DNA of 64,000 bases from Spirochaetota bacterium (GTDB lineage Bacteria > Spirochaetota > Spirochaetia > Treponematales > UBA12059), in assembly GCA_031402655.1 (NCBI GenBank), contig JANNSO010000038.1, forward strand, positions 17,260 to 81,259, written 5' to 3'. A program made the translations under genes and the position numbers. The stretch's first letter is position 1, and each line of letters begins with the position of its first letter. This document shows positions 53,845 through 63,300 of the stretch, one piece after another. A model generated the notes under the pieces. That model searched no databases. It was not told the origin of the DNA and worked only from the letters and a program-made list of their open reading frames with translations.

Positions 53845-54974
53845 ACCTTGAAACCCCTAAGCACACGGTCGCGCTGCAGGATTGCCAGGACTATGACCAG
53901 GCGAGAGTCGATGCGGCGATATCCAGTGCGTGCATCGCCGCCGGTTTTCCGGACGTCGCCGGAAAATCGGTACTGCTTAAACCCAACCTGCTCAACGCCA
54001 GCGATCCCCAGCGGGCCGCGACCACGCACCCGTCCGTCCTGCGCGCAGCCATCCGCTTCGTAAAAAGCCGCGGCGCAGCGTCCGTTTCGGTGGGCGACTC
54101 TCCCGGATGGCAGGCGCAGGACATGGTAGGCGGCAAAACCGGCATCATGGAGGCAGCGAAGGCAGAAGGCGCCGCATGGGTGGATTTCAGCGAAGGTGCG
54201 AGCGTCGAGGTTCCCGAAGCCAGGCTCATACGGCGCTTCGAGATCGCCAAGGCCATCCTTGCCGCTGATATAATCATAACCGTGCCCAAGCTCAAGACGC
54301 ATGGGCTCATGTACTACACGGGCGCGGTAAAGAACCTGTTCGGCGCCATCCCCGGATTCAAGAAAAGCGCGTTTCACCTGCGATTTCCAGGCAGGGAGGA
54401 ATTCGCCATGATGATCGCGGACCTGGCGCTCGCCGTAAAACCGGCATTCGCGATCATGGACGCGGTCACGGGCATGGAAGGCCAGGGACCGAACAACGGG
54501 ACTCCGCGGCATATCGGCCTGATCCTGGCTTCCCGCAATTCCTTTGCCCTCGACTGGGTCGGCTCAAGCCTCATCGGTTACGATCCGGTAGACGTTCCGT
54601 ACCTCAAAATCGCCGCGGACGACGAGCGCTACGGCTTTAATCCGAAAAAAATAAATACGGTGGGCGAAGATCCCGCGGCAAGGGCGATCAGGCATTTCGA
54701 GCTGGTGCGGGTCCTGCACGAAAACGATTTTTTCAGGAAATTCATGCCCGCCTGGCTGCACCGCGCCGCCCGCAACCTGACGGTCGCCAAGCCGTATTTT
54801 TCCGACGAACGCTGCGTCCGCTGTTCGGGTTGCGTGCAAATCTGTCCCGCGGGGGCTCTGGCCTTCGTTCCGGACAAACAAGCGCCGGCCGTGGATTATT
54901 CGGCCTGCATCCGCTGCTACTGCTGCGACGAAGTGTGCCCGGAAGACGCTATCCGCCTGCGCCGCACGCTGTGA
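53841..54974 (+). CDS. DUF362-domain protein with C-terminal 2x[4Fe-4S] ferredoxin motif
   Basis: There is no in-frame ATG before conserved sequence. TTG 53841 lies 7 nt after GGAG and overlaps the upstream stop. The DUF362 pattern is KSVLLKPNLL...ATTHPSVLRAAIRFV...VSVGDSPG. Cysteine motifs are CVRCSGCVQICP and CIRCYCCDEVCP. Confidence 0.7.
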   Translation: MNLETPKHTVALQDCQDYDQARVDAAISSACIAAGFPDVAGKSVLLKPNLLNASDPQRAATTHPSVLRAAIRFVKSRGAASVSVGDSPGWQAQDMVGGKTGIMEAAKAEGAAWVDFSEGASVEVPEARLIRRFEIAKAILAADIIITVPKLKTHGLMYYTGAVKNLFGAIPGFKKSAFHLRFPGREEFAMMIADLALAVKPAFAIMDAVTGMEGQGPNNGTPRHIGLILASRNSFALDWVGSSLIGYDPVDVPYLKIAADDERYGFNPKKINTVGEDPAARAIRHFELVRVLHENDFFRKFMPAWLHRAARNLTVAKPYFSDERCVRCSGCVQICPAGALAFVPDKQAPAVDYSACIRCYCCDEVCPEDAIRLRRTL

Positions 54975-56644
54975 CGGCGCACGCTGTGAAAGTCGTCTCC
55001 TTCGAGCAGGCTTGCTCTGAATCCATCGCCAGGCTGACGATGGCCGGCGGAACCATCCGTTTCGACCGCCTGGACATCGCCCCACCCGGTATTTTCCACA
55101 GCGGGTCCCTGGAATTTCTTTCGGTTTCCGAAGCCGGCCTCGAGCAGCTTTCCCGCGAAGCCTTTGCCTCCCTCCAGTTCAAGCTGCGAGGCGGCTTCAT
55201 ACGGGATTTAGCCACCATGGCCGGAAAATCTCAGGGCAGGGAACGCTTCGTGCTCGACACCATCCTGGACAACGCCCGCATTTCCTCAGAGGGCATCTTT
55301 CCGCTCTGCCAGGACTCTGGAAGCGCCGGGGTTTATGCATGGAAAGGCGATAAAATAATTACGCACAACAATCAGGAAGACGCGGAAATCCTGGAACGCG
55401 GAGCATTGGCGGCGTGGAAGGAAAAAAAACTTCGCAACAGCCAACTTGCTCCTTCGGGCATGTATGAAGAAAAAAACACAGGGAACAACGGTCCCTTGTC
55501 CTGCGACGTGTTTTCGCAAAAAGGCAGCGACTACCGCCTGCTATTTTTGGCAAAGGGCGGGGGATCATCCAACAAGACTTCTTTATACCAGGAAACAAAA
55601 AGCATCCTGGAACCGCTGGCCTTTAGAAATTTCCTCGCACAGGCCATACGCCGCATTGGCGTTTCCGCCTGCCCTCCGTATACGATCGGCGTCGCCGTAG
55701 GAGGCCAGACTCCTGAACAGTGCATACTTGCCGCAAAGCTGGCCACAACGGAAGCCCTTGACGCGCTCCCGATTGACGCGCAAAACGCCTCGCCGTTCCG
55801 CGACCTCGAAACCGAGGCTCTGGTCATGCGCCTTGCGGAAGAGTCGGGCTGGGGCGCGCAATTCGGGGGTAGCTTCATGGCCCGCCAGGCGAGGGTAATA
55901 CGGCTGCACAGGCACGCGGCAAGCCTACCCATAGCCGTGGCCGTTTCATGCGCCGCCCACAGGCACGCTTTTGCGCTCATAAACCGCGACGGGTATTTCC
56001 TCGAGCATCTATGCGATACGCAAGAAGTCGAAAAAATAGTGACGGAAGAAGCCGGCGTCCGGCTCCAGCCGCTGGAATCGCGGCACACGGATATCCCCGT
56101 TCCACTGGAAATACGGCTGGGAGAAACGAATTTAGGAAAATTGCGCGCAGGGGATCTCGTGGCGCTGCACGGCAAGGTGGTGCTCGTACGGGATGCGGCG
56201 CATGCCCGGCTACGGGCCATGCTTAAAAGAGGGGAATCCTTGCCCGCGTGGACTAGCCTGCCCGCATATTACGCAAGCCCCACGGAAACACCCGATGGCG
56301 CGGTTCTGGGTTCCCTTGGCCCCACCACGGCCAAGCGCATGGATGCCTACCAGGACGAACTCATGGCAAAAGGCGCTTTCCTGGCCACCATCGGCAAAGG
56401 AGAGCGAGGCCCGGCTTGCCGCGAAGCCTGCAAAAAATACGGCGGCATTTATTTCGCCGCGATTGGCGGGGCTGCCGCAACGGGGACGGTTCGTTTCGTA
56501 AACTCCGCAAAGGTTCTGGACTGGCCGGAGTTGGGCATGGAAGCGGTGCTCGAAGTGGAACTGTGCGGATTGCCTGCCCTCGTAGCCGTAGACGGCAGGG
56601 GCGTCGATTTTTACTCGCCGGGATTGGCCGGATCAAGTGATTGA
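54971..56644 (+). CDS. Class I (Fe-S) fumarate hydratase, fused N- and C-terminal domains
   Basis: Motifs are LCQDSGSAGVY, AKGGGSSNK, a C-domain GKVVLVRDAAHARL, and SLGPTTAKRMD...GKGERG. The start is uncertain: GTG 54971 (overlaps the upstream TGA), GTG 54986 or ATG 55040. Confidence 0.85.
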   Translation: MTAHAVKVVSFEQACSESIARLTMAGGTIRFDRLDIAPPGIFHSGSLEFLSVSEAGLEQLSREAFASLQFKLRGGFIRDLATMAGKSQGRERFVLDTILDNARISSEGIFPLCQDSGSAGVYAWKGDKIITHNNQEDAEILERGALAAWKEKKLRNSQLAPSGMYEEKNTGNNGPLSCDVFSQKGSDYRLLFLAKGGGSSNKTSLYQETKSILEPLAFRNFLAQAIRRIGVSACPPYTIGVAVGGQTPEQCILAAKLATTEALDALPIDAQNASPFRDLETEALVMRLAEESGWGAQFGGSFMARQARVIRLHRHAASLPIAVAVSCAAHRHAFALINRDGYFLEHLCDTQEVEKIVTEEAGVRLQPLESRHTDIPVPLEIRLGETNLGKLRAGDLVALHGKVVLVRDAAHARLRAMLKRGESLPAWTSLPAYYASPTETPDGAVLGSLGPTTAKRMDAYQDELMAKGAFLATIGKGERGPACREACKKYGGIYFAAIGGAAATGTVRFVNSAKVLDWPELGMEAVLEVELCGLPALVAVDGRGVDFYSPGLAGSSD

Positions 56645-56811
56645 AAAATAGCAAAAAAACCATGTGCGCATGCGGCTTGCGAAGCCTGTCCAATCCTCGG
56701 CCTGCAACCGCTCGCCAGTGCAGTATTGTGCGACACCACCACTTGTTGATACAGTGCAGCTCGAAAAACCGGGTGTCTGTTTAGCGGACTACCATAAAAA
56801 AGGAGCCTTCC

Positions 56812-57153
56812 ATGATGCCAGATTGGGTTACATCGTTTCCGGGTGCCGTAACAGTAGCCGACAGGGAATTGGTCATTCGTTACATGAACGACAAGGCCAT
56901 CGCCACGTGGGCGGACAAGGGCGGCGCAAGCCTGATAGGCAAAGACCTGGCCGAATGCCACAACCCGAAATCCAGGGAGATGATTCAGAGGCTCCTGGAA
57001 ACAGGCGGTACAAACTCGTACACCGTAGAAAAAAAAGGCCTGAAAAAATTCATCTATCAGAGCGCCTATAGGGACGAAAAGGGCGAAGTTGCCGGCCTCG
57101 TAGAACTATCCATGGTTATTCCCGAAAACTTGCCCCATTTCGTCAGAGCTTGA
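56812..57153 (+). CDS. Small PAS-like domain protein
   Basis: 113 aa. AVTVADRELVIRYMNDKA...GKDLAECHNPKSREMIQRLL...EKGEVAGLVELSM follows a single-PAS-domain pattern. Confidence 0.55.
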   Translation: MMPDWVTSFPGAVTVADRELVIRYMNDKAIATWADKGGASLIGKDLAECHNPKSREMIQRLLETGGTNSYTVEKKGLKKFIYQSAYRDEKGEVAGLVELSMVIPENLPHFVRA

Positions 57154-57157
57154 GAAA

Positions 57158-59302
57158 TCAGATTTCGAACAGCAAACGCTCATAGGCGGGGAACGGCCAT
57201 AATTCCGGGGGCATGATGTTTTCAAGCTCATCGGTTTTGGCGCGCAGCGCATCCATGAGCGGAACGAGCTTATCGCGACAGTATCGCGCCCAGGGCTCGG
57301 GATCGTTGTGTTCGTGCGCAGCCAGCATTGCCGTCCGCAAAAGGCACAGCTTGGCGTCGACGAGATCGATTGCCCCCGCAAGCTCGTGAACCCGCCTGGA
57401 CGAGGAAGAAGCCGCCGGGTCATTGTCCCTGGAGCCTGCTATTCCCTGCATCAGTTTTATGTTTTTCGCGAGATCGCTCAGGTAGGAAGTGGCTGCGGGG
57501 ACGGCGGACCTGTCCACCATCCGCAGCATCGTTGCGGCCTCGATCTGCACATATTTGGCGTAGCGCTCGTATTCGATATGGCGCATGGCGTCCACTTCCG
57601 TAGCCGACATGACATTGGTACGCGCGAGCATGGAGGTGCATACGGGATCCGACCAGGCGGAAAAAGCCGAGACGCTGTCGGCGAAATTCGGCAAGCCTCG
57701 CCTGACTGCCTCTTCGCGCCACGGCTGCCCGTAACCGTTGCCGCTGAACACTACCCGTTTGTGATTATTCCATAACGCACCCGTAATCTCCATCGCCGCG
57801 GAGCTCTTGTCTTTCGCAGCCTCGAGCCTGTCGGCGACCTCGCAGAGCACGTCGGCGACGGCCGCGTTGAGGATGGCCACCGGAGTGGAAATCGACTCGC
57901 CCGAAGGCGCCATGCGGAACTCGAACTTGTTTCCCGTAAAGGCGAAGGGACTGGTGCGGTTCCTGTCCGAAATGTCCCTGGGCAGGTGCGGAAGTACCGT
58001 ATGCCCCATGACCACGGAAGAATCCGCGCAGCGCTCCGCCTTATTGCCTCCGCAGGATGCCTGGTCCAGGTGGGCCATCAGGTCTTCGCCCAGGAATACG
58101 GACACGATGGCCGGCGGAGCCTCGTTTGCGCCCAGCCGCAAGTCGTTGCCCGCGCTGGCTACCGTGGCGCGCAAAAGGGGGGCGTAAACGTCCACGGCCT
58201 TTATGACCGCGGCCAGGAACAGGAGGAACGACTCGTTGCGCGCCGGATCCTTGCCCGGCTCCAGCAGGTTGAGCCCGTCGTCCGTGGCCATGGACCAGTT
58301 GATATGCTTGCCCGATCCGTTTACGCCGGCGAAGGGCTTCTCGTGCAGGAGGGCCACGAGACCGTGCCTCGAGGCGACCTTGCTCATGGTTTCCATGACG
58401 AGCTGGTTGTCGTCGGCCGCCATGTTCGCCGCGCTGTACACCGTCGCGAGCTCGAACTGGTTCGGAGCAACTTCCTTGTGCTGCGTCTTGGCGGAAACGC
58501 CCAGGCTCCACAACTCGTTGTTGAGCTCCCGCATGAAGCTCGCCACCCGCTCGGGGATCTGGCCGTAATAGTGGTCCTCCAGCTCCTGTCCCTTGGGCGC
58601 GCTTACGCCCAGGAGCGTCCGGCCGCAAAAACGGAGGTCCGGCCGCTTGTTATAAAGACTTCGCTCCACGAGAAAATATTCCTGCTCCGGCCCCACGGTG
58701 GTAATTACGCGCGAGGAGCTGGCATTCCCAAGCTGCCGCAGTACGCGCATCACCTGCACGCCCAACGCGTCGCTGGCCCGCAGGAGGGGAACTTTCTTGT
58801 CGAGGGCTTCGCCGTTGTAGGAAACAAAGGCCGTGGGAATGTACAGGGTCACGCCCTCCGGGTCTTCCTTTAGAAAGGCGGGACTCGTCGTGTCCCAGGC
58901 CGTATAGCCGCGCGCCTCGAATGTGGCGCGAAGGCCTCCGGAAGGAAAGCTGGACGCGTCGGATTCGCCCTTGATAAGCTCCCGCCCGGAAAACTCCATC
59001 AGGGTTCCGCCTTCCGGATTTGGCCGGATGAAGGCATCGTGCTTCTCGGCCGTTTTTCCGGTAAGAGGCTGAAACCAATGCGTATAATGCGTAGCGCCAT
59101 GTTCCACGGCCCAATCCTTCATGGCATTGGCGACCGTCTCGGCGGTCTGCGGGGACAACTCGATATGGCCGGCCTGCACTCGCTTGAGTTCTTCGTACAC
59201 GCTCCAGGGCATGCGTTCACGCATGACCCTGTCGCCAAAGCGGTGTTCGCCGTAATGTGCCATCAGAGTACTTCTCGGCGTTTCTTTTCTTCCCGTCTTC
59301 AT
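57158..59302 (-). CDS. glnN: Glutamine synthetase type III
   Basis: 714 aa. The N-terminal block MKDWAVEHGATHYTHWFQPLTGKTAEKHDAFI is characteristic of GSIII enzymes, and the length fits the ~700-aa type III class. Confidence 0.9.
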   Translation of the reverse strand: MKTGRKETPRSTLMAHYGEHRFGDRVMRERMPWSVYEELKRVQAGHIELSPQTAETVANAMKDWAVEHGATHYTHWFQPLTGKTAEKHDAFIRPNPEGGTLMEFSGRELIKGESDASSFPSGGLRATFEARGYTAWDTTSPAFLKEDPEGVTLYIPTAFVSYNGEALDKKVPLLRASDALGVQVMRVLRQLGNASSSRVITTVGPEQEYFLVERSLYNKRPDLRFCGRTLLGVSAPKGQELEDHYYGQIPERVASFMRELNNELWSLGVSAKTQHKEVAPNQFELATVYSAANMAADDNQLVMETMSKVASRHGLVALLHEKPFAGVNGSGKHINWSMATDDGLNLLEPGKDPARNESFLLFLAAVIKAVDVYAPLLRATVASAGNDLRLGANEAPPAIVSVFLGEDLMAHLDQASCGGNKAERCADSSVVMGHTVLPHLPRDISDRNRTSPFAFTGNKFEFRMAPSGESISTPVAILNAAVADVLCEVADRLEAAKDKSSAAMEITGALWNNHKRVVFSGNGYGQPWREEAVRRGLPNFADSVSAFSAWSDPVCTSMLARTNVMSATEVDAMRHIEYERYAKYVQIEAATMLRMVDRSAVPAATSYLSDLAKNIKLMQGIAGSRDNDPAASSSSRRVHELAGAIDLVDAKLCLLRTAMLAAHEHNDPEPWARYCRDKLVPLMDALRAKTDELENIMPPELWPFPAYERLLFEI

Positions 59303-59320
59303 GCTTTCCTCCTAATAAGA

Positions 59321-59353
59321 CAAAAGGTCGCCGCTCCCCGGGGAGCGACGACC
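59321..59353 (-). terminator. Candidate intrinsic terminator between the DUF2156 gene and glnN
   Basis: The minus strand reads GGTCGTCGCTCC CCGG GGAGCGGCGACC TTTTG. The stem is 12 bp with one mismatch, and the U-run is short. Confidence 0.45.
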
Positions 59354-59375
59354 TTAAAATCGGCAGGCCTTGCGG

Positions 59376-60248
59376 TCATGCGCGCAGCACCCTGTATTTT
59401 TTTACGAAACCTTCGGGCCTGTACGTCATCTTCGCCTGCCGCAGCCCCTCGTCTCCAAGATCCTGTTCGCGGTTTACGTGCTTTATATGCGTTGGCAATG
59501 CCTTGGCGAAAGCCTGATTGATAAACTGATAGATACCTTTGTAGGAACCCACGGCCTTCTCGAAGTGTACGGCGAACATGCGCGCCTTGGCGATCGGCTC
59601 GCCCAGAGCATAGCCTGCGGGCTTTCCGTCCACATAGTAAACCGCCCCGCTCATGCCCAGTATTTTGTAGAGGTCGAGAGCTTCGCGGGCGGCGCGATAA
59701 TCACCGTCCATGCCCTTCTCCACTTTCCAGGTATCCAAAATCGCAATGGCGTCCGCCACGTTGGTTTCATCGAGAATCCGCTGCTCATAGGTATAGGAAT
59801 TGAGGAACGCGTTTACAAGGTTGCGCTTCTTGTGGTATTCCTTGCCCGCGAGCTCGATCAGGTCATGCTTGCAGTAATAATAGTCGAAGTTGTCGCGGTC
59901 CTCATGAACCTGATAGCCTTCGGCCTCGAGCCTCACGCGCTCCTTGAGACATTGCGTCTCGGACATGTTCTTGAGGTAATCATGAGTCTTGAACAGGTCC
60001 CCAAGAATGGAAGGCTCAGGCACGCAGCAGGGCGTAAAGAAAAACGCTTTCCCTTCCTTTACGCCGGATATCACGAAAGTCTTTCCCGTTATATGGGATG
60101 CCTTGTACTGGTATGTTTCCCGAAAGAGGTACAGGTTGGAGAAGGTAAACTCTGAAATACCGTCTGGAAGCACGTTGAGGGCAGGATACAGTTCATCCCG
60201 CATTTCTATGCTGATGGGAGCAAAGTCCGGATACTCTGGTATTGGCAT
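59376..60248 (-). CDS. DUF2156-like (lysyl-PG synthase C-domain-like, GNAT fold) protein
   Basis: Start taken at the internal ATG 60248 (MPIPEYPDFAPISIEMRDELYP...). The FTFSNLYLFRETYQY pattern is typical of DUF2156 proteins. The call is tentative. Confidence 0.5.
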   Translation of the reverse strand: MPIPEYPDFAPISIEMRDELYPALNVLPDGISEFTFSNLYLFRETYQYKASHITGKTFVISGVKEGKAFFFTPCCVPEPSILGDLFKTHDYLKNMSETQCLKERVRLEAEGYQVHEDRDNFDYYYCKHDLIELAGKEYHKKRNLVNAFLNSYTYEQRILDETNVADAIAILDTWKVEKGMDGDYRAAREALDLYKILGMSGAVYYVDGKPAGYALGEPIAKARMFAVHFEKAVGSYKGIYQFINQAFAKALPTHIKHVNREQDLGDEGLRQAKMTYRPEGFVKKYRVLRA

Positions 60249-60371
60249 TCGTCTACTATATAAAAATAATCGCCAAAAGGCAAGTGAACAAAAAAAACGT
60301 GTCAAAAAAAACGCCTCCCGTTTATCCGCGCTTGCGGAAACGGAAGGCGCAATCCGGGGGCCGAGCCGCCG

Positions 60372-63300
60372 TTACTTGATCAGTATAAACTCGACGCGGC
60401 GGTTCTTCCATAGGTTGTCCGCATCGGTAAAGGGAACTACGGGCTGGCTCGAACCAAGTCCGTCTACCGAAAGGCGCCTGCCATCCACGCCAAACTCGAT
60501 GAGTTTCTGCATTACGAGGCTTGCCCTATTCTTCGAGAGCCCCAGGAGCTCGGTTTTCTCTTCCCTGTCTATCTCCGCCTGACTGGCCTTGCGCATCTTG
60601 GCGATGGAATTGGCATGCCCTTCCACGCGGATATTGTAATCGCGGAAACGATTCAGTATCTGCGCTATTCGCTTGAGGACTTCCTCGTTGCGCGCGACTA
60701 CGTCCCCGGGCAATTCCTTGAAGTCGGCGAAACCGGAGCGGAACACGATGGAAGGAACCTTTATCTTGAGCTTGTCCCCGTCGCGTATCACCAATACGTC
60801 CACGGTTATAAAACCTTCAGCCACCGACTGGTTCCCCAGCGCGTCCTCCACGGTCAGGCGGTAGGGGTAGTCGCTGGCGGCCTCCACGAGCTCGCCTTTT
60901 TGCGACCGGCCATCCCAGACCAGGCGCTCGGCGGGCTTGCCTTTTCCCGTCCAGGTAAAGAAGGCTCGCGTTTTCTTCCCGATGGCCGAACCCTGGGTTT
61001 CGGTAACCGCAACCTCTACGACCTCGAAAGCCCAGGTCTCAACCTGGCTTTCGTCCACTACCGCGAGCTTGATGTTCAACTCGTCGTCGATGCCGTCGTT
61101 GTCGGGGCTGAACAGCTTGGGACCGACGGTCGCCGATAAGCGGGGACCGGCCGTGTCCAGCACGAAAGCCGCCGATTTGGCCTCGGCCCGGTCGCCTTTC
61201 AGGTAATCGACCGTAAACGATGCGGTGTAGCTTCCCTGCCCCGTCGAGCCGACGTCGCCCTTGCCGTCCCACGGCTGTTTCTGGGGAATCGTGGCAAAAC
61301 CCTTTCCGCCGAAAGTCTTGCGTGTTATGCCTTGCGCGTCCACGACGGCAAGCTTCCAGGAATCGATGCCTTCCTTCTGGGGAACTATCAAACCGAATGA
61401 CAGCTCGTCGAATTTTCCGTCGCCGTTGGGGCTGAATCCCGCGGCGCTGGCGGTCACGAATGCCTGAACCGGTTTTGCGTCGACCGTGATCGCCTTGAGC
61501 GAAACCTCCACCTTGTTTCCGGCAAGGTCCTCGGAGCGCACCGAGTAACTGTAGTTTCCGTCGGGCAGCTTGTTGCCCTCCGAATCGGTTCCGTCCCACT
61601 CGAAGGCGAGGGCTTTATCCTTCCAGGCAAAGCTGCGTACAACTTTGCCGTCCGCCGAGGAAATGCGACCTTCCCAGTTATCGCCTGGTTTGGATTCCTG
61701 GCTTATTTTTATTGTATCCTTGCGGCCGTCGCCGTTGGGGCTAAACAGGGTATCCGCGGCCGTGACGGTTATGGCCGGAACGGCGGTATCAAGGGCCATA
61801 TCAAAAGAAACCGCGCTTTCAAGCTCGTCGGTTATATAGCGCACTTCCAGTTTCGCCGTGTAGATTCCGTCGGGAGCCCGGGTGCCCGAGTCGGTTTTGC
61901 CGTCCCATGCCTGACGGGCAGGAGGCGCGGCATTTCCCTTGAAGGCGCGTACCGTGGTCTTGGCGGAATCGAGGACGGTGAGTGTCCACGACTTTACGCG
62001 ATCGGCCGACGCCGTCTCGGGAAGCAGCGTTACAACTTCTTTGACAGCGTCTCCGTTGGGGCTGAAGGCGCGCATGTCCACGGCCAGCCGAACCGCTTTT
62101 TTCTCGGTATCGATGCTTACTGCGGCACTGGACACGTTGACACTGTTGCCCGCTTTGTCCGTGGCCGCCAAGTGATACGTATAGATTCCGTCGGCTACAA
62201 CGCGACCCGTTTCATCGGCGCCATCCCAGGAAAGAGAGGTATCCGGCGTCCCGATAAAAGACCACGACTTTACGGATTTTCCTTTTACGTCCAGTATTTG
62301 CCCTACCCAGCGTTCCTCGCTGGAGCCGCTCTGGGTAATCGTAACGACGGAGTTTCCGCCGGCCAGCGGATTAAATGCCGCACGGTCAAGCTTGGCGCTT
62401 GCAAGAGGCGCGCTCACGTCGATAAAAAAAGCCGGGCTCCAGGATTCGGGGCTGTGGCCGTTGCTGTATTGAACGGTAAGCTTGGTGCGGTACTGTCCCT
62501 CCGGCAATATAGCGCCGGCGGAATCCCTGCCTTCGAAGGGAATCTGTTCGGGCACTCCGGAAGCCGCGCTGCCCGAATTGGCCCAGCGCTCCTTGTTGGA
62601 AGCATCCACCACCGAGAGCTTCCAGATGGCCAGACCGGTCTTGACAGGTACGCTGGGACTCAGCGTAAGCACGTCCTTGACGCCGTCGCCGTTAGGGCTG
62701 AATGCCCCCTGGTCGATGGAAACATTGATCGGAGGCTGCTGGGTGTTGACCAGAATGTTATCCAGCTTGGCGGAGGAGGGATTGGCTGCCCTGTCCGTTG
62801 ATGCGACGCGGTAGGCATACACGCCGTCGCTTACGATTTTTCCGCCGTCGTTCTTGCCGTCCCACTGAAGGTCGGCCAACTCGATATCCTTGAAAGTAAA
62901 GACGCGCACGGAAATTCCGGCCGCATCCACGATTTCGCCTTTCCAAAGATCTTCCCTGGAACCCGTTTGCTTTACCGTAAACGCATCCTTGTTTCCATCG
63001 CCGTCGGGGCTGAAAATCAAAGTATCAGCCGCCGCGGGAACGGCGAGCGCCAGGGCAGGAGGGGTATTATCCACGACAAGCTCGTATTTCCGGCTCGTGG
63101 CGGTATTGCCGTTGTCATCCGTAGCGTCCACGACGAATGAATATATGCCGTCGGGAACCACGCTGCCGCTCTCGGCCAGGCCGTTCCAAACCAGCTGTGC
63201 CGGAATGGGGACACCCTTCTTTACATAGAAGATACGGTTCAGCAAACTCGACAGATTTTGGGTTTCCGGCCTCGATTCCTTGTTGGCTATCGTGCGGATC

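Noticed and set aside
53823-60582. Antisense ORFs 53823..54512, 54564..55085, 55531..56220, 57986..58873, 58041..58628, 59370..60155 and 59989..60582
   Set aside because: Each overlaps a well-supported gene on the other strand (DUF362, fumarase, GSIII, DUF2156). They show the compositional bias of shadow frames in GC-rich sequence.
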